From Desulfovibrio sp. (GTDB lineage: Bacteria > Desulfobacterota > Desulfovibrionia > Desulfovibrionales > Desulfovibrionaceae): 64,000 nt of DNA. Positions 52,190 to 61,395 of this stretch are shown here, piece by piece. The stretch lies in contig JAQYWK010000004.1 of assembly GCA_030145055.1 (NCBI GenBank), positions 74,701 to 138,700 of the forward strand, in the 5' to 3' direction. Position 1 is the first letter of the stretch. The number at the start of each line of letters is the position of its first letter. Made by a program: the position numbers and the translations under genes. The notes beneath the pieces were generated by a model that worked only from the letters and a program-made list of their open reading frames with translations, did not search any database and was not told the DNA's origin.

Positions 52190-53035
52190 ATGAGCATAGA
52201 GAAACTACTTTTCGAGAAATTAGAAGGACATTTTGTCGAGAAAGTTTTCCCAAAAGGTGTGAAAGTTAAGGTCGCCCCTCAAGCGTTATTAAAGAGTATT
52301 TCACATAATTTTGAGCTAGATCTACATGTAGTTGAACAGGCTTCTTATTCCGCAGGAGCAGTGCCGGAAAGATATATTCGCAATTTAAATACCTTTAGTC
52401 AGGTGGAGCAGGCTAAGCTTTTTTCATCTAAAGTTGCTATGGTCGGTCTTGGCGGTCTTGGTGGGCATATGTTGGAATCTTTGGCTAGAGCAGGTGTCGG
52501 GCATATAGTTGCCTGTGATGGGGATATTTTTGAGCCGTCCAATCTGAACAGGCAGTTTTTATCTTCTGAATCCACTCTTTTGATGAAAAAAAGTGCGGCA
52601 GCTGTAGAGCTTGTTAAAAACGTTAATCCCGCAGTTTCGTTTGAAGTTGAATCGCAATTCCTTGAGGGGGATCAGTTTGATAAATTTATTTCAGGCGCAG
52701 ATATCGTCGTTGATTGCCTTGGAGGGTTACAGCATCGCTCCCAGTTGAAGGATGCCGCTTCCAGAAATAATATCCCTCTTGTTACCGCCTGCGTGGCAGG
52801 ATGGGCAGGAATAGTTGCTACTGTTTATCCCGGCGATGCTTCACCTGCTGATTTCTTCGGTGACAATGATGGGTTGGAGGAAACTCTTGGAACCCCTATA
52901 CCCGCAATTTCCACTGCCGTAGGAATTCAAAGTGCCGAGATTTTAAAGATATTAAGTGGAAAGGGTGCGGGGCTAGCAGGCAAGGCTCTTATGTTTGATC
53001 TTTCGGGGATGATTTTCGATACCGTTACGCTCTGA
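52190..53035 (+). CDS. ThiF/MoeB/HesA-family adenylyltransferase (E1-like)
   Basis: Nucleotide-binding motif VAMVGLGGLGGHMLESLARAGVG..DGDIFEPSNLNRQ. Confidence 0.8.
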   Translation: MSIEKLLFEKLEGHFVEKVFPKGVKVKVAPQALLKSISHNFELDLHVVEQASYSAGAVPERYIRNLNTFSQVEQAKLFSSKVAMVGLGGLGGHMLESLARAGVGHIVACDGDIFEPSNLNRQFLSSESTLLMKKSAAAVELVKNVNPAVSFEVESQFLEGDQFDKFISGADIVVDCLGGLQHRSQLKDAASRNNIPLVTACVAGWAGIVATVYPGDASPADFFGDNDGLEETLGTPIPAISTAVGIQSAEILKILSGKGAGLAGKALMFDLSGMIFDTVTL

Positions 53036-53319
53036 TGCTCATTATCGACTGGACTATATACTCCGTATTGAAGCCTTAATACGACCTTAAATTCTGTTTT
53101 CAATGACTTTTTTTGTGATTATTTTTTCAAATCATGTTATTATTTTCATTTTTTAAGTTATTTCTTCAATATGTGTTAAGTGGAGAGACTGAGTTTTAAA
53201 GTAGTGTTGTTGTACTTGCATGTAATTGCAAATTAAATTTTATTGTTACATTCATTTTTGTATCTAACTTTTTTCCATTTAACCTTACAAAATATAAAAA
53301 TGCGTAGTTATTATCAAAT

Positions 53320-53335
53320 AGGCGTATCTATTGCA
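53320..53335 (+). promoter_or_regulatory. Candidate sigma-54 promoter AGGCGT-N5-TTGCA
   Basis: GG-N10-GC spacing is correct and the -12 element TTGCA is exact. It lies 93 nt upstream of the small ORF at 53428. Confidence 0.3.
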
Positions 53336-53427
53336 AAATACAACAAAAGTAGTGTATATAATAGATTGTCTTATAGAGTGTTTTTTGTGCTGATATATAT
53401 GCAGTATTTATAATAAATGGAGGACTT

Positions 53428-53643
53428 ATGGAAAAAAAACTTGAAGATGTGGTAACTGAGTTGAATGATATTTCTGCAGCTCTTAAATTTATTAGTGAAG
53501 CAATTGAATGTCATGACTCGGAAGGTAGAATAATGAATGGTGGTGGAATGGCATATTTGGCTAGGGTTCTCGGTGAGAGGTCAGCGAAAGCTTCAGATTT
53601 GTGCTGGGATGTTAAAACGTCCATTGAAGATGGGTGTAATTAA
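53428..53643 (+). CDS. Hypothetical small protein, 71 aa
   Basis: GGAGGA lies 5 nt upstream of the ATG. The ORF sits isolated in a 0.8-kb AT-rich spacer and I recognise no motif. Confidence 0.45.
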   Translation: MEKKLEDVVTELNDISAALKFISEAIECHDSEGRIMNGGGMAYLARVLGERSAKASDLCWDVKTSIEDGCN

Positions 53644-53829
53644 TAAAACCAAATATTGAAATCGTTGTTAATTATACTGTAGAATTGTCAGATCATGTGT
53701 TAATATTTCTAAAGTATTAGTAATAATGTAGTTCTCCTTATTTTTTGCCCATAAAATTTATTCATTCGAGTTTAAATTACATTTTTTTGTACGCCTGTAA
53801 CAGGACATAATAGTCGCGGAGGTATCGCG

Positions 53830-55014
53830 GTGAGCGGTAAAGAGCAAAATGATAAGCTGAAAGAAGAATCTCCTGTAATATTGGTTGTGGATGATTCGAT
53901 AACTATGAGGAACTTTTTAACAAGAGTTCTCGAAGATGATTATCAGGTTGTTACTGCTGTTGACGGTATTGATTGTGTTGAGGTGTATGAAAAGACCCGC
54001 CCCAGTGTTATTTTGCTGGACCTTCTCATGCCTCGGATGGACGGTTTTGATGTAATTGAAAAGATCAGAAAAGATATGGGCGACGTTGAGGTCATAATTA
54101 TCGTTTTGACTGGTCAGGATGAACAGGAGATTAAGGCCAGAGCCTTGAATGCTGGGGCCAATGACTACCTCACAAAGCCTTTTCATGTTGTTGAACTTAA
54201 GGCCAGAGTTGGCGTTGCCATCAGGCAAGTGATGCTTACGCGTCAATTGCAGGCGAGCAATGCGCAATTACAAAAGGCTTACAATATAATTGACGATGAA
54301 GTTAAGCTGGTCGCTAGGCTTCAGGATAAATTACTTCCCACAGACGTACCTGTCATTGACGGTCTGGAGCTGAAAAGTTTGTATAGGCCTTCAGGCCGAG
54401 CCAGCGGGGATTATTATGATGTCTTCGGAATGGAAGACGGGGTTATCAGAGTCATTATGGCTGACGTGTCCGGTCATGGACCGCAGGCCGCTTTTATCAT
54501 GGCGATTGTCAGAACCTTGTTTAAGGCAGATGGCGACGAAAATCGTGATCTGGCTCACAGTTTAGAGCAGATAAATGAGCATCTGGTTGATCTCATCGGT
54601 AAGGATACTTATTTTGTCACTTTATTTGCTGCCGATATAAATTTCAATACAGGTACTATGAAATACCTCAGTGCCGGTCACTGCCCCGCATTAATTATGC
54701 AGGATGGGGTGATGGGCAAAGCTTTGAATGCACATGTTCCTCCGCTCGGATTCTTTCCCATCGATTCGACTCTTGATGAACGCCACTTTTCTTCTTCGTT
54801 GGATTTATTCCTTTTTACGGACGGGTGTTATGAATGGCGTATGAATGATGATTATTTCAGCTTGGATCCATTTATGGAGATTGCTGAGAAGCTGATGATT
54901 GACGACAATCTGAATCTTGATAAGCTTGAAGATGTTTTAGAAAGGGAAACAGGTGTTCGGCCAGTCTTCGATGATGATGTAACCGCACTTTCGATCAGGT
55001 GGAAAAAAGGCTGA
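53830..55014 (+). CDS. Response regulator fused to a PP2C/SpoIIE-type phosphatase (RsbU-like)
   Basis: Receiver (ILVVDDS, VILLDLLMPRMDG) and a phosphatase domain (ASGDYYDVF, MADVSGHGPQAAFIMA, FLFTDG). GTG start. Confidence 0.8.
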   Translation: MSGKEQNDKLKEESPVILVVDDSITMRNFLTRVLEDDYQVVTAVDGIDCVEVYEKTRPSVILLDLLMPRMDGFDVIEKIRKDMGDVEVIIIVLTGQDEQEIKARALNAGANDYLTKPFHVVELKARVGVAIRQVMLTRQLQASNAQLQKAYNIIDDEVKLVARLQDKLLPTDVPVIDGLELKSLYRPSGRASGDYYDVFGMEDGVIRVIMADVSGHGPQAAFIMAIVRTLFKADGDENRDLAHSLEQINEHLVDLIGKDTYFVTLFAADINFNTGTMKYLSAGHCPALIMQDGVMGKALNAHVPPLGFFPIDSTLDERHFSSSLDLFLFTDGCYEWRMNDDYFSLDPFMEIAEKLMIDDNLNLDKLEDVLERETGVRPVFDDDVTALSIRWKKG

Positions 55015-55049
55015 TTAGACTAAGGGCTTTTTACTTGAATTTATGCCGC

Positions 55050-56375
55050 TTATTTTGTCTGCGCAGTTGCATTTAATTGCAGTAGTGCGTTGAAACTCTC
55101 TTCGAGAGTCTGTTTTTCGGTAACTAATTGCTGTAAGAAGCCGTTTATTGCCGGAACCATTTTTATGGCAGTGTCAATTTCCGGATTAGCTCCTGCCTGA
55201 TATGCCCCGATGTTCACCATGTCTTCGACTTTATTAAAAGTAGCAAGGTGTCTGAGAACCTGTCTGCCGGCCACAATTACTGTGTCGTCTGTTATGTCTC
55301 CCCTGACCCTGCTGACGCTCTTTAGAACATCAATGCAAGGGTAGTGGCCCTGATCTGCTAGATCGCGAGTCAGGACTATGTGCCCGTCGAGAATAGAGCG
55401 TGTTGCATCCGCTATGGGCTCAGTGAAATCGTCGCCGTCAACCAGTACGGTGTAAATGCCTGTTATCGAGCCCAATTGGCTTTTTCCTGCTCGTTCCAAT
55501 AGTTTTGGAAGCTGAGCGAAAACTGACGGGGTATATCCACCACGGGTTGGTGGCTCACCTGCGGCAAGGCCAACTTCACGTCCTGCCATGGCAAAACGGG
55601 TGACGGAGTCCATCATTAGCATCACATCATTTTTCTGATCGCGAAAATATTCGGCAATTGCTGTGGCTGTGTAAGCCGCACGCATGCGCAGAAGGGGGCT
55701 TTTATCTGATGTGGCGACAACCAGAACCGATCTTGCCATACCTTCGGGGCCAAGATCTCGTTCCATAAATTCTACAACTTCTCGTCCACGCTCTCCAACA
55801 AGTGCGATAACGTTGATGTCAGCTACCGTATACCGTGCCATCATACCGAGTAGTGTCGATTTTCCGACACCCGAACCAGCCATGATACCTACACGCTGTC
55901 CCTTACCTAATGTGAGTAAGCTGTTTATGGCTCTAACTCCCACGTCAAGAGGCTCGTTGATTCTAGGTCTTTCGAGCGGATTGGGAGGGTCGCGGTGAAG
56001 CGGGTTAAAGGATTCCGGTATAATCGGTCCTTTGCCGTCAATCGGTTCTCCGAAGGCATCAACCGCTCTTCCAAGCAAGTTCATTCCTACAGGGATATGA
56101 GGCGGAGATGTTGCGTTTTTTATGAGCGATCCGGGGCTGATGCCGTGAAGTTCACCATAGGGCATGAATAAGCAGGCGCCATCTTTAAATCCGACTACTT
56201 CGGCTGGAATTGAATCTGTAGAATTTTCATTAGGCATAAGATGGCACACGGAACCAAGGGGAGCCTTAATTCCTTTACCTTCAGCTATCAAACCTACTAC
56301 CTTGGTTATTTTTCCATAACTGTGGCAAGGGGTGACAGAAGAGAGAAGCTCAGTGCAGCCTTTCATATCAGCCAT
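55050..56375 (-). CDS. fliI: Flagellum-specific export ATPase FliI
   Basis: Walker A GSGVGKST, Walker B LLMMDSVTR, and F1/T3SS-ATPase-like sequence throughout. Confidence 0.92.
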   Translation of the reverse strand: MADMKGCTELLSSVTPCHSYGKITKVVGLIAEGKGIKAPLGSVCHLMPNENSTDSIPAEVVGFKDGACLFMPYGELHGISPGSLIKNATSPPHIPVGMNLLGRAVDAFGEPIDGKGPIIPESFNPLHRDPPNPLERPRINEPLDVGVRAINSLLTLGKGQRVGIMAGSGVGKSTLLGMMARYTVADINVIALVGERGREVVEFMERDLGPEGMARSVLVVATSDKSPLLRMRAAYTATAIAEYFRDQKNDVMLMMDSVTRFAMAGREVGLAAGEPPTRGGYTPSVFAQLPKLLERAGKSQLGSITGIYTVLVDGDDFTEPIADATRSILDGHIVLTRDLADQGHYPCIDVLKSVSRVRGDITDDTVIVAGRQVLRHLATFNKVEDMVNIGAYQAGANPEIDTAIKMVPAINGFLQQLVTEKQTLEESFNALLQLNATAQTK

Positions 56376-57132
56376 CAGTTTCTCCTTCTGCTATAGTAGG
56401 AACTGCGGCGGTCAGCTGCGCAAGGATTTCCTGCACACCTTCCCATCTGGACGAAATGGTATTGTCAACCATCGCATCATCTGCTTCAATAATAATGCCT
56501 CCGTCTTCGAGAGCAGGGTCAGCTTTGACGCGCCATTTAGACAGAGATGGATAGTCTTCCTGTGCTTGTTCAAGGAGCGGGCCGATCATTTGCTGATCCG
56601 CAGGTGAAACTTTGACTGTCAGATGTGTCTGAGAGTCAATGAGTGACAGAGATTCTTCCAGCAGGGTTGCTAGAATTTCATGTCTGCGCTCTTCCATTTC
56701 CACTGCAAGGGTTTTTTCTATGACCATCAGAACTAGAGAAACGGCGTCAGTAGACTGAGCGATCATAAGAGAACTGGATTGTTCCTGAATCCCGGACAAT
56801 GTTTGCCCGAGATTTTGGCTAAATCCTATCATATGCTTTTCAGCTTCAGAGGCGGCTTCTGCCTTTCCCTCTGCGTAGCCTTCAGATTTTGCCTTAATTT
56901 TAATTTTCTCGGCTTCTGCCATCGCTTTGGTAATGATCTCTTTAGCGATGTTCTGAGCTTTTGCTTTTATCCGGACAAAGTATTCCTCATCAGTCGCGTC
57001 ATCCCACGTCAGCTTCTTCTTACCTTCTATCTCCTGGAGAGTCATTTCTTGGGCATTGTTATTCGAATCAAGCCCCATGATGACTCTACCAGTGTAGAAT
57101 TTATCTTCTGCTTCTGTGTTAGACAAAGACAT
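56368..57132 (-). CDS. fliH: Flagellar assembly protein FliH
   Basis: Lies between fliG and fliI. It has a Glu/Ala/Lys-rich coiled region (AEAEKIKIKAKSEGYAEGKAEAASEAEKH) and the C-terminal domain typical of FliH. Confidence 0.75.
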   Translation of the reverse strand: MSLSNTEAEDKFYTGRVIMGLDSNNNAQEMTLQEIEGKKKLTWDDATDEEYFVRIKAKAQNIAKEIITKAMAEAEKIKIKAKSEGYAEGKAEAASEAEKHMIGFSQNLGQTLSGIQEQSSSLMIAQSTDAVSLVLMVIEKTLAVEMEERRHEILATLLEESLSLIDSQTHLTVKVSPADQQMIGPLLEQAQEDYPSLSKWRVKADPALEDGGIIIEADDAMVDNTISSRWEGVQEILAQLTAAVPTIAEGETDG

Positions 57133-58120
57133 CTCCAGATCCCCTGCTTATCATTATGCGTCCTTCGTCTTCTAGGCGACGGATGCTTTTTACTATGTTC
57201 TGCTGCGCCGATTCCACATCTGAGAGTTTTACCGGTCCCATGATTTCGAGGTCTTCACGGATCATGTTAGAAGCACGTTCGGACATGTTCTTGAAAATGA
57301 GTTCTTGAAGATCGTCAGAAGCTCCTTTAAGTGCTGTGGTAAGCTCTTCGTTGGAAACCTCTTTGAGAAGTTCGCGAACTGCTCTGTCGTCCAGTCCCTT
57401 CATATCTTCGAATACGAACATCAGGTTTCGAATTTCTTCGGCCATCTGTGCGGATTCTTCTTCGATTTCAGAAAGAACTTCTTCTTCGGTTGCACGGTCT
57501 ACTGCGTTAAGAATTTCTGCTACAGCAGGTACTCCGCCAACCTTCTTACCTTCTTTACCACCCATGGCGATGAGCTGACTTTGCAGTACTCTATCAACTT
57601 CCATGAGCATTTCTTCTGCAACGGCTTCGAGTTTTGCAAGTCTCATTAGGACTTCTGCTCTGACTCCTCCTGGCAGGCTGGAGACTAAGTCCGCGGCCTG
57701 ATCGGGATGCAGATGTCCTATGATTAGTGCCAGAGTCTGAGGATGTTCATTCCTTAGAATCTGAGCAAGAATTTTGGGACTTACATTTTGCAGTTCCTGG
57801 AACGGAGCTGGCCCGCTTTCGAGGTCCAGTTTATCCAGAATGTATTTTGCGGTTTCTTCATCAAGGGATTTGCTGAGAAGTCTTCTGACCTGATCAGCTC
57901 CACCCATGAGAAGTTCTGCTCCGTATGCTAGTGTTTCGTTAAACTCTTTGAGTACTTCAAGGACTTGTTCCTTGGGGACAGAATCCATATCCAGCATTGC
58001 TCTTGAGACTTCGGCGATTTCTGGCCTGGTCATGCGCTTGAATGATTCTGAAGTGAACTTATCCCCTAAGGCGAGAAGTACAATAGCTGTTTTTTGATTC
58101 CCGGAGAATGGGGTCGACAA
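57119..58120 (-). CDS. fliG: Flagellar motor switch protein FliG
   Basis: EHPQTLALII, the MFVFEDM motif, and a 333-aa length. Confidence 0.92.
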   Translation of the reverse strand: MSTPFSGNQKTAIVLLALGDKFTSESFKRMTRPEIAEVSRAMLDMDSVPKEQVLEVLKEFNETLAYGAELLMGGADQVRRLLSKSLDEETAKYILDKLDLESGPAPFQELQNVSPKILAQILRNEHPQTLALIIGHLHPDQAADLVSSLPGGVRAEVLMRLAKLEAVAEEMLMEVDRVLQSQLIAMGGKEGKKVGGVPAVAEILNAVDRATEEEVLSEIEEESAQMAEEIRNLMFVFEDMKGLDDRAVRELLKEVSNEELTTALKGASDDLQELIFKNMSERASNMIREDLEIMGPVKLSDVESAQQNIVKSIRRLEDEGRIMISRGSGDVFV

Positions 58121-58121
58121 T

Positions 58122-59732
58122 TTATGCTGCCTCCTGCTTCAACCAGGTCTTCAGAACCTGCACGGCCTGATCCATATTCTTTTCTGAGAGTTGCAGAGCC
58201 TGAGCCTTGGCGTTCTCCAGCTTACGTGCCGCATCTAGAGCCTCTTCGTCAAGGTCGCTGTCGTCAAGAGACAATCTTTCTGCACCTTCAGGAAGTCCGG
58301 CCATCTCATCAATTTCTTCTTCGGAGATGCGTGGCTTGATAAGAGCCATCACTACTGGGCGTACAACCAGGATGAGGAAGAGGAAGATGAGAAGTCCATT
58401 AAGGAAAGGCTTCCCGAGCCTTTGAGCGTATTCAAGCATGGTGCGCATAAGCCCTTCGTCACCGAAGATGTCCTGCATTCCGAAGGTCATATTTGACACT
58501 TCAAGAGAGTCTCCGCGGGTGGAATCGTAACCAATCGCAGATCTGACTAATTCTCTAATGCGTTCCATTTCTTCTGCTGAACGGGGAACATATGTTGTTT
58601 CACCTGTCTCGGCGTTCTTTGTGTATGTGCCGTCTACAACGACTGCTACGCTAAGACGCTTGAGCTCGCCTACAGGAACAATTATTTGCTGTTCTTCTTT
58701 GTTGATTTCGTAGTTAGTGGTTTTGGTCTCACGAGTTGACTCTTGAGTTGTTGCAGTTCCTGTGAATCCGTCTCCTCTGAAGTTTGCTTCCGGTACGCCA
58801 CCATCTACATTGGCTGTGCCCTGAGTTGTTTCTTCACTGGATTGTTCACTTCGTGCAACCTGTCCGTCAGGATCATATGCTTCAGTCTTAATGGTACGCT
58901 GTCTGAAATCAAGCTCAGCATTAACTTTAGCTATAACCTTTTCGGAACCTACTATCGGCATGAGTAAACGCTGAATGCGCTGCTCTATTTTACTTTCCAT
59001 TTCAGCTTTATACTGGAGCTGGCTGGAGCTGACGTTAAGGCCTAGGCCTCCGTCATCTTCGGGCTGGTAGAGGACTTGTCCACGCATATCTGTAATAGTT
59101 ACGTGCTGTCCTTTGAGACCTTCAACGGACATTACTACCAAGTTTAAAACGCCTTTAACCTGCTTCTCTGTGAGCTTTTCGCCTTCCTTAAGCTTCAAAA
59201 CTACAGAAGCGGACGGTTCAGCCTGTTCTTCAATGAAAAGAGACTTTGCAGGCATAACAAGGTGGACTCTGGCTCTTTCGACCTGAGGAAATTCACTGAT
59301 TGTTCTTGCAAGTTCACCTTGAAGTGCACGCTGATAGTTAATGCGCTGGATAAAGTCAGTCTGCCCGATCTGAACTTCATCGAAAATTTCGTAACCGATT
59401 CCCTGTCCGTGCATAGCTCCTTCACCTGCAATCTTGAGACGGAGGTCATAGACTCTGTCAGCAGGAACCATAATTGTGGCTCCGTTGTCTTCAATCTTAT
59501 AAGGTTCCTTAGTAGATTGTAGAATGCCAACAACGCGGGAAGCGTCTTCTGCGTAAAGTTTTGTGTAGAGAACTTTGTAGTCAGTCTGGTTGAGCCAGAA
59601 GACCATTAAAAGAAATGCGATAACAACAGAGGCCGCTAGCCCTCCTATGAGAATCCGCTGGGAAACAGTGCGGTCGGACCAGAAACCTGTAAATTTGTCT
59701 AGAGACTCTGTGGCGAAGTTGGTCATAATCAA
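58122..59732 (-). CDS. fliF: Flagellar M-ring protein FliF
   Basis: N-terminal TM, ELARTISEFPQVERARVHLVMP, a C-terminal TM, and a 536-aa length. Confidence 0.9.
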   Translation of the reverse strand: MIMTNFATESLDKFTGFWSDRTVSQRILIGGLAASVVIAFLLMVFWLNQTDYKVLYTKLYAEDASRVVGILQSTKEPYKIEDNGATIMVPADRVYDLRLKIAGEGAMHGQGIGYEIFDEVQIGQTDFIQRINYQRALQGELARTISEFPQVERARVHLVMPAKSLFIEEQAEPSASVVLKLKEGEKLTEKQVKGVLNLVVMSVEGLKGQHVTITDMRGQVLYQPEDDGGLGLNVSSSQLQYKAEMESKIEQRIQRLLMPIVGSEKVIAKVNAELDFRQRTIKTEAYDPDGQVARSEQSSEETTQGTANVDGGVPEANFRGDGFTGTATTQESTRETKTTNYEINKEEQQIIVPVGELKRLSVAVVVDGTYTKNAETGETTYVPRSAEEMERIRELVRSAIGYDSTRGDSLEVSNMTFGMQDIFGDEGLMRTMLEYAQRLGKPFLNGLLIFLFLILVVRPVVMALIKPRISEEEIDEMAGLPEGAERLSLDDSDLDEEALDAARKLENAKAQALQLSEKNMDQAVQVLKTWLKQEAA

Positions 59733-59759
59733 ACTCCTAAACGATTTTTCATAAGAGAT

Positions 59760-59776
59760 AGCAAGTAGCGGTCCGA
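59760..59776 (-). promoter_or_regulatory. Candidate sigma-54 promoter CGGACC-N5-TTGCT upstream of fliF
   Basis: The reverse complement reads tcGGACCgctacTTGCTa, with correct GG-N10-GC spacing. It lies in the 130-nt fliE-fliF gap, 28-44 nt upstream of the fliF ATG. Confidence 0.4.
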
Positions 59777-59862
59777 CTTCATAAACACCAGTTATTAAAG
59801 GTGTCTAGGGTGAATAATATGTGTTTATTAAGTTGCGAAATGAATGTTTGACAAAAAATTGT

Positions 59863-60189
59863 CTAGAAAGGCATTTTTAGAACTTCCTGATATGCAGTCA
59901 TGACTTTTGAACGCACGGTACTTGTCATAGTCATGGCAAGACCGGCTTTCTGGAGCGAAATCATCAACTCATGAACGTTCTGATTTTTGCCGGAAGCAAA
60001 ATCCTCAATCATAGATTTTTTCTCAGTCTGTAAATCGTTTACGTTAGCAAGAGAGTCTTTGAGCGTGCTGGTGAATGAGTTCGGTTCAGCATTGCCCACT
60101 TTCATGGTTTGGTCGAACTTCTTATCAAATTTATTCTGAGTCTGTAGAGCGTTGGTATATGCCTGCATGGCTACATTCTTAATGGACAT
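59863..60189 (-). CDS. fliE: Flagellar hook-basal body complex protein FliE
   Basis: 108 aa. The C-terminal pattern VHELMISLQKAGLAMTMTSTVRSKVMTAYQEVLKM is typical of FliE, and the gene follows flgC. Confidence 0.8.
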   Translation of the reverse strand: MSIKNVAMQAYTNALQTQNKFDKKFDQTMKVGNAEPNSFTSTLKDSLANVNDLQTEKKSMIEDFASGKNQNVHELMISLQKAGLAMTMTSTVRSKVMTAYQEVLKMPF

Positions 60190-60227
60190 TTTGTTTCTCC
60201 TTTTTTACGTAATCAATAAATGGCTGA

Positions 60228-60668
60228 TTAGCCCATTCCGATTCGAAGAGCGCGGTTGAACATCTTTTTGGCTGAATCGACTGATTGAGCATTGGCTTCG
60301 TATGATCTACTTACTGTGATCATGTTTACCATTTCTTCAACCACGTTGATGTCCGGGTATCTGACGATACCTTTGGCATCCGCATCAGGATGATTTGGCT
60401 CAAAGACTTCTTTGAACGGGCGGGTGTCGGAGACAACGCCGCGTATTGTTACACCTCTGAGCTGTTGACCAAGTTCGCTGTTCATTGCTGTATCAAAAGG
60501 AGAGAGTAGAGGGGTTGACTCCATCGCAACACTTTTACGACGGTAAGGTCCGCCTTCTGCTGTACGCGTTGTTCTGGAGTTAGCCATATTCATAGATACG
60601 ACGTTTAAGTACTCTCTTTGCGCTTTGAGCCCTGAGGCTCCCAGTTCAAGTGCTGTCATGAAGTTCAT
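60228..60668 (-). CDS. flgC: Flagellar basal-body rod protein FlgC
   Basis: SGLKAQREYLNVVSMNMANSRTT and the C-terminal YEANAQSVDSAKKMFNRAL. Confidence 0.9.
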   Translation of the reverse strand: MNFMTALELGASGLKAQREYLNVVSMNMANSRTTRTAEGGPYRRKSVAMESTPLLSPFDTAMNSELGQQLRGVTIRGVVSDTRPFKEVFEPNHPDADAKGIVRYPDINVVEEMVNMITVSRSYEANAQSVDSAKKMFNRALRIGMG

Positions 60669-61078
60669 TATCTAGCTCCTGCTTGGATGACTTTTTCCAT
60701 CCCTTTAAAACTCTTGGTGATAACCTGAGTTAACGCATTGTAGGCCAATGTGTTCTTGGTCATAGTGACCATTTCGCTATCAATGTCTACGGCGTTTTCC
60801 CCGTGGACAACTCGAGGTTCAAAGTCAGAAAGAGTTCTACCTTTGAATGAGGTCGGGTCGAAATTTGCGGGTACATGCATTTTGCTGGTTTTTGTCATTT
60901 TGCCCCGTGCATCTTTGCCGATAGCCTTTTGAAGGCTGTCTTCAAATTCCAGCGTCTTCGCTTTGTAACCAGGTGTGTTAACATTTGCCAGATTGGATGC
61001 GACAAGATTTTGACGCTGTAGTCTTAGGTCTAAAACCTTACCTGTCAAAGCTATGCTGCTATCAAATAATCCACTCAT
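60668..61078 (-). CDS. flgB: Flagellar basal-body rod protein FlgB
   Basis: LDLRLQRQNLVASNLANVNTPGYKA. Start placed at the ATG after AGGAGG (MSGLFDSS); the track ORF extends to 61174. Confidence 0.85.
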   Translation of the reverse strand: MSGLFDSSIALTGKVLDLRLQRQNLVASNLANVNTPGYKAKTLEFEDSLQKAIGKDARGKMTKTSKMHVPANFDPTSFKGRTLSDFEPRVVHGENAVDIDSEMVTMTKNTLAYNALTQVITKSFKGMEKVIQAGAR

Positions 61079-61157
61079 ATCCTCATCCTCCTGCAAATAT
61101 TGCCTAGTCCTTCCGAAGTCTGGAAGTGCGCTTGTGGTTTGTAATTGAATAAGAGTA

Positions 61158-61173
61158 AGCAAGACTCGTTCCA
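61158..61173 (-). promoter_or_regulatory. Candidate sigma-54 promoter TGGAAC-N5-TTGCT for flgB-flgC-fliE
   Basis: The reverse complement of 61158-61173 reads TGGAACgagtcTTGCT, one mismatch from TGGCAC-N5-TTGCW. It lies about 80 nt upstream of the flgB ATG. Confidence 0.5.
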
Positions 61174-61300
61174 ACTCCGTATAACCCTAATATGAATGAA
61201 GTAATTAGTGGGAGGTCCGTTCTTGATGCTTGTCAGGTGTCGTAAAACGGGCGGGGCAAAAAATTTTCTTTATATAAGGTAGGGTGGTTCTGTCTGTGTT

Positions 61301-61316
61301 TGGCACATCAGTTGCA
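61301..61316 (+). promoter_or_regulatory. Consensus sigma-54 promoter TGGCAC-N5-TTGCA for the TPR gene
   Basis: Exact match TGGCACatcagTTGCA on the plus strand, 80 nt upstream of the ATG at 61396. Confidence 0.6.
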
Positions 61317-61395
61317 TTAATCATGGCAGGCCAATACAGGTCTAAAAAAAAGCCGTCTAAATTAAATTAAGTCGGTAACTATTTCGGAGGGGATT

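Noticed and set aside
56779-57243. 154-aa ORF on the plus strand.
   Set aside because: It is antisense to fliH/fliG. Its Cys/Phe/Leu-rich translation is typical of a non-coding frame.
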